NCBI GenBank assembly: GCA_964019335.1
Contig: OZ025695.1
Span: forward strand, 474,881-538,880
Origin: Diplonema japonicum
Taxonomy: Eukaryota; Protista; Euglenozoa: Diplonemea
DNA: 64,000 nucleotides
Direction: 5' to 3'
The notes beneath the pieces were generated by a model. The model made no database searches. It was not told the DNA's origin and worked only from the letters and a program-made list of their open reading frames with translations. Each line of letters starts with the position of its first letter. Positions within the stretch are counted from its first letter, which is position 1. The position numbers were made by a program, and so were the translations under genes. Of the stretch, positions 1 to 12,600 are shown piece after piece.

Positions 1-679
1 GCCCCAGCGTCCTGCTTGTAGCACACGCTCCACGGGTGGGACGTCGAAGACGGCGCTGCGGAGGCTGGTGTCTCCTGCACCTTGCTCACGTGCACGTTGG
101 TCGTGCTGCCGTTGTTCACGTTCACCTTAACGGGGACCGCTGTGACTGGCTGGGGCACCGTCTGCATGGGGAGGCTGTAGAGCTGCTGCTGCGGTTGCTG
201 CTGCTGAGGGATCATCATTATCTGCTGCTGCTGCAGCCTCTGCATCTGCACCTGCGCCATGTGTTGCTGCTGTGCTAGCTGCTGCTGCATGAGGAAGTTT
301 CGCTGGATCTGCTGAGCCAAGAACTGCTGCTGCTGTTGCTGCTGTAATTGCTGCAGCTGTTCATTCTGCGTGGGGATCCTAAGAGGCGGCTGTGGGTTGG
401 CCGGTGCAGCCTTAAACGTTTTCTTTGGCACTGCCATGGGCGGCGACACAGGAGGTGTGCCTGCAGAGTCAGTGCTGCCTTCGTCGCTGCTCTCGCTCCC
501 TCGTGCACCTTGGATGTCGAGATCCTGTTGTGTGGTGAGCTGCCCTTACTAAATCATACCTTCAATAAGACGCTGATGCTGTCCTTTGTCATTAACATGT
601 CATTCTCGGGGATGTACTCCTTGGGTTGCGACAGCAGGATGGTAGGGCCACCTGTGTTGTTCCAAGGGTCGACAGTCAT
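1..679 (-). CDS. 5' part of a Gln/Pro-rich protein of unknown function (runs off the window), 1 intron at 525-559
   Basis: ATG at 679 follows an ACACAG acceptor. Removing the 35-nt GTATG..ACAACAG intron joins ...SVLLK to DLDIQGARGSES... and continues into a poly-Q region. Confidence 0.75.
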
Positions 680-781
680 AGTGGTGTGGTTTGGCTGTGT
701 ACGTGTGGGGTGAACAGCATGGCAAAACGAAACTGCTAAAACTGCTAATGGCTGGAAAGCCACTCAGTAGCACGTAGGGCA

Positions 782-3700
782 TCAAAATGGCAGCAAAGGG
801 TTCTGCACCTTAGGTTTAGGGGGGTTAGCTTTGAGGGACTTGTGTCCCAATAGAATATCATTCGGTTGAGCAGGGCTCCAAGAGTCGAGTGCGAGCGAAC
901 AGCCCTGCGAGTGAGTCACAGAGGGTGCAGAGGGAGAGGTGAGATCACCAAACATTCCTGACGCAACATCCCAGCCCGCCACAGGTTCGTGGGTCGTTAC
1001 CCCTGCGCCCGTGTGAACAGACGCAAAGTCCTCACACATAGTCTCCGTTTGTTGCAGCCCCTCACCCACCACAGAAACCACTGTGGTGGGGACACCTGTT
1101 CGTTCTTCTTCGACAGTTTCACTGCTGTCGTCTACATGCAAACAGTCCTCGTCGTGTTCAGAAGGCACGTGCCGCACTGTAGATGGGGTGCCTATCATCA
1201 TGTCTGGCTCTGGGTTGTCACCTACGTCCATCTTATTAACGGGTGTTGCAGGCGCCTGCTCCGTCACTGCAGCCACACTTCTCTTGGCGTCCTTCACTCG
1301 GAACCACCAGCACAGCACTGCGATGCTTGTCGTGCACACTGTGCCAACCAGCGACAAGACAACGATAAGCACTGGTGAGCTGTCTGAGCTTACATAAGGG
1401 GAGTCCGTGGAAGGGATCAACGTTGTTCCTGACAGCAATGCAGGAATCGATGCCCACAGCGGTGAGGACGAGTTTGCGAGATGATCTATGAGGACGGAGG
1501 TCAAAGTCTCTGGGATGTGAAAGGTGACTATGATTGAGGCTGCATGGACAGACACGACCTGGACGGTACTGGGGTCGGCTGCAAGTACGGCACTCACTGT
1601 GAGGATGAAGTCTGTCTCGTTGAACGACGCCACATCGCCTGCCAGGGTAAACTCGAATCCTTGCGTTGCCTCCACTAGAGACACCGTCGCTGTCGCAGAC
1701 GAGAGCATGATGTCACCTATGGTGGCCGTCGCAGTGCGCTCGAGCATCAGTGTCTCGGTCACGACAGCCCACTGCATGATAATGCCGCCTATTAGCACCG
1801 CTCCTGTCACTTCTTTCGCTTCGTACACCCACACTACTAACTTTTTCCCATCTACATCTGCGGCGACAGGCACGCACGTCACGTTGCACACGATCTCGTT
1901 CTTATAGTACACAGGATGGAAGTTGTCCCCAACAAGGGTCAGCAGCGTGTCGTTCTTGGCGTCACCAAGCACGGCATTCACCACCATCGGTGCTTGTGGG
2001 TTGCTGTACAGCAGCATGTGCTGATATACTGTACCCATTTGTGCGACCCACAACCCGTGGGCTGCTGCGACAAGCACGATAGTGGAACATGTAAGACTAG
2101 TGGGCTGCGCGAAGAGGGTACCGCACGTTGGGACTGCAGCAGGTGTGCCTGACCCCCCCCATAGCCACACAACTTCTCCCGGCAGGTTGAACCCCTGGAC
2201 AGAGAACCCTGTCTGCAGCTCGCAGTATATCACATTCCCTGACCTCACATCCTGTTCGCACCCCGTGATCTTGTTCACGATTATTGGCATTGCAGTGATC
2301 TGCACAGGATCTACAAGGCTGGCTGCACCTGCAGAGGTCATGAGCTCGACTCCCCACAAGCCGTGAGTGGCGTCTGTACCTTGAACCAGACACCTCAGGA
2401 GCACAATGCTGGAGCTCCGCAAGTCACAAGTTGGGGTAGGCCCTAAAGACCCCACCGTTCTTGTGATCGTCACGCTGTTCGATAAGAGTTGCGCATTGAA
2501 GTGCTTCCCTTCAATTACCACCACCACCTCCCCTGTGTCGTGGATTACTTCAGACCAACCTTTCACGAGCAGTGGAGCTTCTCCGGGTTCCATGAATGGT
2601 CTGATGGTGTGATTCGTGTCATTCGTTACACTTCCCGTGGTGACTCTCATCACGGAGACACTCCAAAAGCCACCAGTAGTGTAGTGTGTCCCGATCTCGC
2701 AGGTTAGCTGTGTGTATGAGACAGCCAGCACAGTGCAGTTTGGGGGGTATAGAGAAGAAAGGGACGATCCAGTTGACAGAAGGTGTACTCTGTTAGAGGT
2801 CGCGTCCTTCGTGTCGAAGCCGCTGCCATGCACTGTCAGGATAGTACCAGACGAGCAAAATTCGCACTGCGAAACACTGGATAGAAGTACAGGCATTGTG
2901 GCAGGCGTATAGCACTTCACCTTCGCACCTTCATAGACAGCAGAGACAAAGTCACCACCCTCAGTGTTGGCCACGACGACCCCCCACATGCCACTGCAAG
3001 TCTCATCGCACTCCAATACGCACTCGTACATACCGCCTGTGCAACGAGGGGCACTCCCTTCACCTCCCACCAGCCTGTATCTGGTGTACGTGGCCTCCTG
3101 CGGTGGGTTCTCAAGGACGAAGAGTAAGCCCCCCGTCCCTTCAGCCGTGTGGCACTCGTACAGTTCGGTCGCGTTGCTACATTCCCCAAACGGCTCCATG
3201 GAAAGTATGACAGGAGCTGTCATCCTGTCTAGCTTCAGCCCGGCAACCTCAACACCGTTAATGCTCAAGGACCACAACCCCACCGTTTCCAAAGGGACGT
3301 ACAACGTGCAGGTCAGGCTCTGGTAGTACTCCTGCGGGTATGGCTGCGTACTGACCGGGAACAGAGTGGTCAACGTGCACGTCGGCTGTGCCCCGCTGTT
3401 TGCGGTACCCACTGCGGCAAGGAGGGTGGTGGACTTCTCGATACGCCAGTCGAGGCCCTTCCCGAGCATCGTGAGTTGTGTTCCATGCTGGCAATAATCC
3501 TTGTAAGTTGCACTAGAGAGTGTCACCTCACCTTTGCAGCCCGAGTGGAAGACGACGCCTTGCTGCGCCAAAGTACCATGAAGCAAGCGCAGCAGCACAG
3601 CAGCCTCGCCCCACCCTACTCCGTTGTACACATTCACTGTGAATACCCCGTAACTTTCAGGTGGTGAGGTGAACACGCATTTAAGCATGGAAACAGTAGA

Positions 3701-6490
3701 GGCAGCTGCATCAAGGATGCAAAAGGAAGGCAAATCCCCTGCGTAAATTCCGTTTTGTACCTTCTGCAGCTGGACTACATTGTTGTGGATGGGGACCCCG
3801 AAATCACTGCCATGTAGCGTGACTGTTGTGCCTGCAGCGCAGTCGATGAGTGTTGCGTTGTAAGCGCTGCACCCCTCTACGGAGTTCACCGTTGGAGACA
3901 TTTTGGGTGGCGTCGTGCAGTTCAGCACCACTTGAGACATTTCATTATTCACTACCAGCAACCACCATCCCCACGTCGCAGGGGCGCAGTGAACAGTGCA
4001 CTCGAGGGCACTGGTTGTAACTATTTCACCCGGAGCACAGGATGGCACAGGTCCTGCGGCATGCTCGGCAGCGACGAACTTGATGGTGTTCCGTGCAGAA
4101 TCAAGGTAGAACCCGGTGCCCCTAAGTACGACTGTAGCGCCAGATGTGACTTCATTGGGCTCAGCAGAGACCACGACAGTTTTCACGGACGGGCGGAAGA
4201 TCATAACTTCAAACACTTCCTGTGCACCAGCCACACGGCCTGTGAACAGCTTGTACATTGGTTCGCTGGCGTCGAGCTGGCAAATTAACAGCAGCGGTGG
4301 CACCGCATCGTCGTGCAAGCTGTTCGCGCAAGTGAGCTGCCCCCCCGATGCGCTTACAAAGATCACTTCTGGATCGGGGCCGAAGTTCTCACCGTGCAGT
4401 GCGAGGACATCCCCATGATCACACCATGCCTTCAGCCCAGAGTGCGCCGAACATCCCGATGCTGATGTAACTATAGGCACCGACGTTGAAAGAGGCAAAA
4501 CCTTTACGACAGAGGTCGCCCTTAGCACGGAGATCCACGAGTCTTCCATCGAAACCAACAGCAGTACAATATAATGTCCAGGGAGGCTCACCCCCACCCC
4601 CGGCAGAGTGTACTGACCGTCAGACCCGAAGTCCACTACATTGCTCGAGGTGACACCTTTCAGCGCAGCATCGTTCCTCACTGGTGAGCCATCCCACCAC
4701 AGCAGTGAAACATTCGAGACGCCCCAGTGTGACAGCGGGTCTCGCCAAGACCACACGGAAGTTCGTACAAAGAGGGTGAAGGGCTCGTCAATGAACACCT
4801 CTTTAGGCACGTCCAGCGTGATGTTGTTCGTGGGCGGTGGGATGACCTTCACAGGGGAATGAAATGGGTATGCCTTTGTCGACCCCACTTGTACGGTAAG
4901 CGACCACCACCCTGACACACCGGGCGCCCCGACGAGGTTACAGGTCAAGATTCGTGCCGTAGCGGTAAGAGGGGTGCAAGAAGGGGCCTGTCCGTTGTAC
5001 CCTACCTCACCACCTGTGAAGAGGACCATGTTTCCCCAGGGGTCCTCTGCAAACTCATGCCCGGTGATGGTAATGACCCGTGCAGCCTCGTTGCCACCTG
5101 TACTTTCACAAACGTAACTATTACAGTACACGCCCTCGATCAGCGAGATGTACGGCTGCTTGATGTGTGGAGTCAGTGTAAATGGCGGCGATGCCGACTT
5201 ATCGCCAATCGTGATCTTGAACTCCCACGGCCCTCTTCCGCCTGCTGTAACGGACAGCGTGCACGACAAGTACCGCACCGTGGAACGGATGTAGCTACAA
5301 GCAGGGGGGGGACCATAGCCCCCTTCGAACGTGATGGTGTTGTAGGTGCCTTTCCCAATGCGCGAGGGGATGAAGCCATCACCCATGATAACTAATGTGG
5401 TTCCTGTCATGCAGTGCAGCGTATCGTTCACTGTGTCCCCGCAGCCCGACACGTTATGCACATCGGGGACAGGGCTGTTGGTGTAGATGCGGTGCACGTT
5501 GTTGTCAGTGATCCCGTTCAGGGACAGCGTAATGTAGTAGGCAGCGGTGTAGAAGACCTCTAGCCAGCACACAAGGCTGTGCGCTGTGCTATTTGTGGTT
5601 TCGCAGATAGGGACAGGGACATCAGGGTCATTTGTCGCAACAAATGCAGGAGAGAGGGTGGCGAAGGCTTCTGTGTTGGGAGTGAACTGCACCGAGTGCA
5701 CCGTTGTCACTTCCTTGTTGAAATTCAGCCCGTGAAGGGTGATGTGCGTGTTCCCTGGGGCACAGCCAGCCAGGACCGCACCGTGTGTCGTCAGCACCCT
5801 GCCGCTGATGGTACAGTCAGTCCCTGTGATCCACTGCACCTCAGGGACCGCGTTCTTCACGTTGATGAGAACGGGTGAAGAGATCTGCGAAGTGATGACA
5901 TTGGCGGCATAGACGTCTTTGTCACCAGAGTAGCCGGGGACAACGCTGATGTTGCATAAGATGGTCGTGTTTGTGGTGAGCACTGTAGTGCACGACGGGG
6001 CGAATGAACCCGCGAAGTAGGCCTCCACGTAGGTAGAGAGGAAGTAACCTACGAGCTGCAAGGTGGTCCCGTGCTCGCAACTACGCGGACACTCTGCGGA
6101 AGTCAGAACAGGTGCTGCTGGGGAAATAGTTAGGGAGACGGACTCAGTGGATGGGTTGCCATCAGAAGTCACAACGAGGCCCCACGGCCCTGCTGTGTAC
6201 CCTGAGAACATGAACAGGTTACATTTCAGGAGTCCGCTTGACAGGTCAGTCCAGAGGGGGTAGCAACTGGGGGGATCTCCTGTGCCACCCCCAAAACTGA
6301 TGACATTCTTCGAAGGATCATTCTGGTTGAACCCGCTTCCCGATATCGTCAGCACCGTCCCACCCGCGCACCCCGTGAGCTCCGTCGTGTTACCCCCGCT
6401 ACACCCGCTGCTGGAGATTCCTGTCACACTTCCACCCTCAACGCCCACCCACACCGCAAGCCCACAGCACCACAGCACTCTTCCCAGCAT
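782..6490 (-). CDS. Large type-I membrane/surface protein with Cys-rich IPT/TIG-like repeats and a SEA-like juxtamembrane domain
   Basis: 1902-aa ORF with an N-terminal signal peptide and repeated 'GT.LTI.G.GF...N.V.F....P.C.......L.C.L......G.W' units. A 'VSVHAASIIVTF' SEA-like motif precedes one TM helix (VLIVVLSLVGTVCTTSIAVLCWWF) and an acidic tail. Confidence 0.8.
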   Translation of the reverse strand: MLGRVLWCCGLAVWVGVEGGSVTGISSSGCSGGNTTELTGCAGGTVLTISGSGFNQNDPSKNVISFGGGTGDPPSCYPLWTDLSSGLLKCNLFMFSGYTAGPWGLVVTSDGNPSTESVSLTISPAAPVLTSAECPRSCEHGTTLQLVGYFLSTYVEAYFAGSFAPSCTTVLTTNTTILCNISVVPGYSGDKDVYAANVITSQISSPVLINVKNAVPEVQWITGTDCTISGRVLTTHGAVLAGCAPGNTHITLHGLNFNKEVTTVHSVQFTPNTEAFATLSPAFVATNDPDVPVPICETTNSTAHSLVCWLEVFYTAAYYITLSLNGITDNNVHRIYTNSPVPDVHNVSGCGDTVNDTLHCMTGTTLVIMGDGFIPSRIGKGTYNTITFEGGYGPPPACSYIRSTVRYLSCTLSVTAGGRGPWEFKITIGDKSASPPFTLTPHIKQPYISLIEGVYCNSYVCESTGGNEAARVITITGHEFAEDPWGNMVLFTGGEVGYNGQAPSCTPLTATARILTCNLVGAPGVSGWWSLTVQVGSTKAYPFHSPVKVIPPPTNNITLDVPKEVFIDEPFTLFVRTSVWSWRDPLSHWGVSNVSLLWWDGSPVRNDAALKGVTSSNVVDFGSDGQYTLPGVGVSLPGHYIVLLLVSMEDSWISVLRATSVVKVLPLSTSVPIVTSASGCSAHSGLKAWCDHGDVLALHGENFGPDPEVIFVSASGGQLTCANSLHDDAVPPLLLICQLDASEPMYKLFTGRVAGAQEVFEVMIFRPSVKTVVVSAEPNEVTSGATVVLRGTGFYLDSARNTIKFVAAEHAAGPVPSCAPGEIVTTSALECTVHCAPATWGWWLLVVNNEMSQVVLNCTTPPKMSPTVNSVEGCSAYNATLIDCAAGTTVTLHGSDFGVPIHNNVVQLQKVQNGIYAGDLPSFCILDAAASTVSMLKCVFTSPPESYGVFTVNVYNGVGWGEAAVLLRLLHGTLAQQGVVFHSGCKGEVTLSSATYKDYCQHGTQLTMLGKGLDWRIEKSTTLLAAVGTANSGAQPTCTLTTLFPVSTQPYPQEYYQSLTCTLYVPLETVGLWSLSINGVEVAGLKLDRMTAPVILSMEPFGECSNATELYECHTAEGTGGLLFVLENPPQEATYTRYRLVGGEGSAPRCTGGMYECVLECDETCSGMWGVVVANTEGGDFVSAVYEGAKVKCYTPATMPVLLSSVSQCEFCSSGTILTVHGSGFDTKDATSNRVHLLSTGSSLSSLYPPNCTVLAVSYTQLTCEIGTHYTTGGFWSVSVMRVTTGSVTNDTNHTIRPFMEPGEAPLLVKGWSEVIHDTGEVVVVIEGKHFNAQLLSNSVTITRTVGSLGPTPTCDLRSSSIVLLRCLVQGTDATHGLWGVELMTSAGAASLVDPVQITAMPIIVNKITGCEQDVRSGNVIYCELQTGFSVQGFNLPGEVVWLWGGSGTPAAVPTCGTLFAQPTSLTCSTIVLVAAAHGLWVAQMGTVYQHMLLYSNPQAPMVVNAVLGDAKNDTLLTLVGDNFHPVYYKNEIVCNVTCVPVAADVDGKKLVVWVYEAKEVTGAVLIGGIIMQWAVVTETLMLERTATATIGDIMLSSATATVSLVEATQGFEFTLAGDVASFNETDFILTVSAVLAADPSTVQVVSVHAASIIVTFHIPETLTSVLIDHLANSSSPLWASIPALLSGTTLIPSTDSPYVSSDSSPVLIVVLSLVGTVCTTSIAVLCWWFRVKDAKRSVAAVTEQAPATPVNKMDVGDNPEPDMMIGTPSTVRHVPSEHDEDCLHVDDSSETVEEERTGVPTTVVSVVGEGLQQTETMCEDFASVHTGAGVTTHEPVAGWDVASGMFGDLTSPSAPSVTHSQGCSLALDSWSPAQPNDILLGHKSLKANPPKPKVQNPLLPF

Positions 6491-6689
6491 TCCTCATCCT
6501 CTCACATCCTGCACGGCGTCATTCGGGCAAGGGTTAAAACACTCGTAAAACAAGAGAGGCTGTTTATTAAGGGAAAATATGAAGAAAGGTTAGAGAGGTT
6601 CCTGGAAAGGAACGTCATTCTTATTTTTATTTTTTCTTTGTTATTTATAATTTTTATCGAAGATTCGATTGTGCTGTACAAGTGATGTT

Positions 6690-9600
6690 CTAGCTGCCAA
6701 GGGGGTACTGGATCGGAGTGGTGAGGGGGGAAGAGGCGAGAGGAATCGACGTACGGTGTGCTGCTGATGAGGAAGATGCCACAGGAGGCGAAAGGGGCAA
6801 CACAAGAGGTGCTGCAGATTGGGTACTGGGCACAGGATGACTTGTTAGGTGTGCTCGCGGACCACGGAAAGCGCTCGAGTTGCTGTTCGTTCGGGACACT
6901 GGCTGAAACTCGTTCCCGCTCTGCCTGCGGGCCATCCTGCGAGAGAGCTCGAGGATTTCATCCATTTTACCGGTATTCGTTTTGAACTCCTTCTGTTTCT
7001 TTTCAAGCTCCGCTATTTTCTTGACCAGCTTCGAGACGTCCCCGACACCCCCAGTCGGCCCACAAGGCGGCATCGCTCTCTGCGCTGCTACTGCATGTTG
7101 TCCGTTGCTGCTTCCAGACACCAGCTTAATCAGCTTGTCAAGCTTCGACTCGATCCTCTTTTCTCTCTCCTCTTCTTCCGCGTCATCGTCGTCGGCCTCT
7201 TCCTCTAACGCAATGGCGTCCTCTGGAAAGAAGTCTGTCAAGTTCCTTTCTATCTTGTGCCACACGTACGACTCTTGTCCTGTGAACAACTCCGGCGACT
7301 TATGGAACAGATAGACGTAGAAAAACAGGTACGACCACATGTTGTGGTCCTTGTGGTAGTGGTCCGTGAAGCTGCTCTGGCGCGACTTGTCGAACTCATA
7401 CGCCTCTTTTCCGCAGATGAAGCATTTTGATTTCATGTCGCGTTCCCTGTCTTGCTTCTTGTCCCTCAGCTCGGCGAAGGTGTCCAAGATGATACCGAAG
7501 ATGATGTTCAGGAAGATAATGATCATCACCAGCCAAAAAGCAAAATCGAATGCAAGCCGTGGCCACACATTGTCCTTGTGCCAGTCGGGATGCTGAAGGA
7601 CATCTGCGAGCCCCCCGCCCTGCCTCAGACCATACACCACGTTGAGGATGAAGCATCGCCACAACTCTTGGCAAGAAAAGCCTTGCCCCAGGTCAGGGTT
7701 TCTCTTCACGTCGTAGTACTTGTCAGAGAAGTAGTAGAAGGAGACCATCGAGAACAGAAAGATGACTACCATGCCAAGCCCTGCTGTCCACAACAGGTCT
7801 TGGTACTTGCTTGTCACAGATTTGATGACGTTCTGCAAGCTGTCGGATCGCTTGATTACCCTGAAAATCTGCAGCGAGAAAAAAATGGGGTTCGCAAAAT
7901 AGCCGACTGGCGCAGCTGCCGCGAACAAAGTTGTGACGTAGAAGTCTTTATGTCGGAGCAAGACGGTGAGACTTAGGTATGCCTTCATGAAGGCGGAGTG
8001 CCGTGCCCAGTCAGCGTAGCTGCGTATCTTGTCGATGTTGGTGTCCATGTTGAAGTCAGGCCCGCGCACCTTCTGCGATACGACCTCGTTCTTCGCCCGT
8101 TGCACGAACTTGAATACGATGACTCTTCCTTTGATCTGCATCCAACCAAAGAAGAGCCACAGCTCGATAAATATCTGCACAATCGCCAGCACATTGAACC
8201 CGATGTAGTCCGTGTCGGAGAGGTACTCCTTCGAGGGGCCGTTCTTGCGCTTCATGGTGCCCATCAGGTAAGCGCTGATAACTAACGACAAGAAAAGTGA
8301 AATGGCCTCCAGCCACTTACCGTACTTGATGAACAGCTGCAAATTGGGTTGCTTGTTGGCCTCATCATAGATGTTGATCTCCTGCACTAAGTCACTCCAG
8401 GTGGAAAAGAAATCTTGGATCTTTGTTTCACGCGAGTCCCTTTTCACGCTGACTTGTATGCCCGCCTTCGATTCTTCGGGAAGCAGCTTGCACCTGTCGG
8501 GCAACACGAAGTACACTTTTTCTAGCTGCTCGTCACGGCCAATCTCGATCTGCCCTACATGTCTATTGAAGTAGGCATAGCTCATTTGGCTTTTAAGCAA
8601 TTTGAGCAGAGCCGGCTCAGCCCTGTCGTCTACCTTTGTCTTGTCGAACCTGCACAGCGACAGGATGAAGATGAATATGTTGTACCCCAGCTGCAGCTCC
8701 TCGCCGCATCCTTCCTCTTCTGCGGACACCTCTTCTGTGTCTTTGCCAGAGAGCTTCCACACCAATCCTTTCATGCGTGTTGCGTGCACGATGTGCCCTT
8801 TGATCCAACTTTCGTTCATCTTGTTCAACAGGTTGTAAAGGTTTGCCTGATTGTTGTCTCTCAGCATGTCCAGTAGCTTCTGCGGAACATCCGTCTTCGA
8901 GATCGTTGACTCGACCAGCAAATCCGACTGCATGGAGGTCACGCCCTCCGTCAGCGACAGCAGCATCCCAATAGCTTCCGACAAGACGTCGTCGAAGCTC
9001 AGCCCTTCCTCTCCGCTGGTGTCGCAGGTCTCCTCTTCCGTTCTCTCTAACAAGACACCAACTACAGAGGGCATCTTAGCCTCCACGAGCGTCTCCTGGT
9101 TCCCCTTGCAGGGTCCTTGGCAGAATTCTGTCAGTGTGACGAAGCCTTGCATGATCAACGGTAGCACCGCCTCGTGTGTGATCTCCTTTGTGAGGTATCT
9201 TGTGAACATAGCCACCTCACGCACCACATTGACAGAGAAGGGGTTGTCGGGCTGCTCGCGGAGGAAGTTCTGCAGCTTTGTCATGTGCCCCTCGCACAAC
9301 AGTTGCAGTACACGGAAGAGGACCTCCATCTCACAAAGGCGCAGTTTCTGCTGCTGCGTGCATGAGCTAGATTGCAGATCCCACGACTTTATCTCCAACT
9401 CGTAGCTCTTGATCTGGTCCCTGCAGAAAACGAAGAAGCCTTCCATAGGCCGCTCAATAAAGAATTGGTAAATAGCCATCTGCACCTCTTTCCGCGTCCC
9501 TCCGTCAAGCAGCTGTTTGGCGAGGCTCAGGGTTGCCGTGTGGATCTCACGCATTTTCTCCGGCGCCCTTGGTATCAAGGTCTCCATCAGCATGAACACT

Positions 9601-12600
9601 TTCTGTGTAGCCGCTTTCTTGTTGAACATAACTTGGATCTCACGCTTTCGCTTATCAATCGTGTTCAGTGCTTCAGCCGCCAAGTCGCTCTGTATGCCCT
9701 GCTGCTTCACCCTCTGGGTCTCAAGGGCGTTGACTTTATCTTCCTCTGCGAAGCCAAACGCCAAGATGTTCAGGACGCTGGCTACATGTTCCATGGGCAA
9801 GGTGTTCGAGACAAGGAGGTTCGCGAACTTTGTGAAGTTGTCCAGCGTCATCATGGTCGGGAGCGAAGCATCCTTGTCATCTTCGGCATCGCAGTTCTGC
9901 CCTACATACTCCCTGAGCAGGTACTGGTTCATGCCGTTCACTGACCGCCTTGAGAAAGCCAGCAGCCTAGCACGCGAGAGGGGCTCCGTTGACACAGGGT
10001 TCTCAGTGTACATGGCAGGGTTGCGCACTGCCCTTGCAAAGTCTTCACGGAACTGTATGAATTGGTCGCCCACGCCATCGTTCGCCTTCAGCTGTCCCCC
10101 GTTTGCCCCGACGTCAGAGAGGGACTCAAAGGCACGTTTCGAAGCTCTCTTCAAGATGAGAATGAAGCCCTCCGGCTGATCGGTGGCTTCAAAGGACCCT
10201 AACTCCACTCTGTCAGGGGACAGACCTAGTGTGATGCACTGGTTCAGCAGTTGCCGTAGCTTTGCCTTCTTTGGCGTGTTTAAGAAAAGGAACCCTTCAG
10301 AAATAACTAGTTCACACAAATGTACCACACACTTGCAGGCCATCCTCACTTGTCCGCTTTGCGTGGGGCATGTTCTGACCCTTCTCGTAAGAGCATTGAT
10401 AAACGGAACCACAGCGTCCAAGACAAAGGTCTCGAGCTCTGCTCTGCAGAACCACACAGGAAAGTAGGTAGGGAGGCGGACGCTTTTGTCGCATGCCTTC
10501 ATGAGGCTCTGCAACCACTGATATGTCCTTGCACCCGCCCCCTTGTTGTAACACTTGTGCAGGTAATCCGACCCTGTTTTATCACCCTCAACAAGCGCTC
10601 TGCAGATGAAGACACAAACATTCAGAATGTTCCAAACAACGGGTTCCTTCTGCACCGTGGACCGCCCTTTGGGTCCTGTGTATGACAGCACTTGCGGTGC
10701 CTTGTCGTCTCTGTGGAGGTACGCGCTCAGCAGCATGAGGTACGGGCGCATGAAGAACAAGGGGTACGAGTACTCAACAGGCACCGCAAGGTCTACAGGC
10801 CACATCACGTTGAAAGCCAGTGTCTGTGTCATGACGGCGGTGTTGCCCTTCAGTGCACAAGAGAAGAGCTCCACAAGCTCGATGTGATACTGCAAAGGGC
10901 CGTTCTTGTCAAGCGGCGGGCAGAAGGCAGGGGACTTCCCTGCAATCAGAGCTTCGACTTCTTCTGAGATCAGCTGTTGCCTGACGTCCCTCTCCTGCTC
11001 GTTTGTGTCCCTGAGCAACATCAGCACTCTCTTCTTCTCCATAACTATGTAGTTGATGACTGTGGTCAAACTCGATTCGATCACGCGCTCATGCACCTCT
11101 GTGACCTTCTCGGGGCCCTCTGTGTCCACAGTGTGGATATGCTGCACTAAAACAAGCTGTTTGAGAATTTTCAAGTGCCTGGGTGACCTTCCCGACCCTA
11201 AGACTCCAGGATTGAGCTGCGACACTAAAACCCAGATAAGATCCTTGTAGGTGCTGATGAGAACGCAGACTTTGTAATGCAGCGTAAGCTCTGTCAGAAA
11301 GTACGACACGTCCCACAGCAACATCCTGCTGTGTGTAGGGCCGGCGCGCCTCTCGTGTCTGATGTGCAGTTTGAGCTTCTCCTCAACAACCCAGTTCAAG
11401 AGGAGCTGGTTGGAAGCAGACTGCTGGCTGTCCTTAACGTACACTGTGAGGAGACGGTAACAACTTCGGAGAAGTTTAACTAAATACTGCGGGTGAGCCG
11501 GAACTGCCGGTACTTGGGGGTACTGCTCCTCCGCACGGATGAAGCTGCTAAGGATGGTGAGCACGGACTCAATGATGGATGTGCTGCTGATCAGCCGCTG
11601 TGCCTGAGCGTTGGGACGGCAGTCAACGAACTCGTCCCAGCTTCTGAGCATGTCCTCGGCATCAGGCAGGCACAGCGCAATGGTGCGCGACACTGCATTT
11701 TGTATCTCGGCAACAATGCTGGCCTTGCTGGGGTCAGAGTCGGTCACACTGATGGCATCCTGTTTGTTGACCAACACCTCCGCTAGGTCTGAGATCTCCT
11801 TGTAGATACGCCTCTCGTCTCTGTGCTCCAACATGATCACTTTGTTTAGAGCGTTGCTCACTTCAAGAGGCACCGAGTGCAACCTCAACAGCAAGTCCAA
11901 GCTGCAGTCCACGATGGGCACCCATTGATAGAGGGTGAGCTCCATCAGGTAGTGCGTGAGATCCCTCATCTGCTGGAAACTATCGATGTGGTTCGGCGAC
12001 ACGTCACCGCTGAAGTCGAAGGGTGCAGCACTGGTGTGCAGCCACCCGCCGAGGTCCTGCACGTCCCCTACTGGGAAGTAGTTCTCGCACTGTTGCATGC
12101 TTTTCTCAGCAAAGCTCATCTTACTCCAAAATGGTGTGTTGCCCTCTTCGATCTCTACGCCAATAGCCCTTTGGACGAAGATATGCCATATCTTCATATC
12201 CAAGGTGGCATGGAGCACACGACACACCTCCAGCTTAGCACTGAAGATGGGCAGATTTATGTCGCTGTACATTCTGCGCTGTGCTTCAGTCAGAATGCCG
12301 CTCTCCCTGCCGTCAGTGGCGGGGTCAAGGATGGCCAGGAACGAGTCGAACAGTGGTTTCTCTGTTTTCCCGCCTGTATTCGTCGCGAGCTCCGCCTGCC
12401 CCAAGGTGTACGTGCCCTTCAGCACGAGCCGCTTGCACAACGTCAGCGCAGATAACAGCAGCTTCATGGTTTGATTCTTCTGAAGCAGAAACGACAGGTC
12501 GCTGCACCTTGACTTGATCCAGGATTTCACTTCCAAGTCCTGCTCCGCGGGGAGGAAGGATTGCTTCACCTTGCCCTTGCCCCACTCCAAAAGTTTCGTT

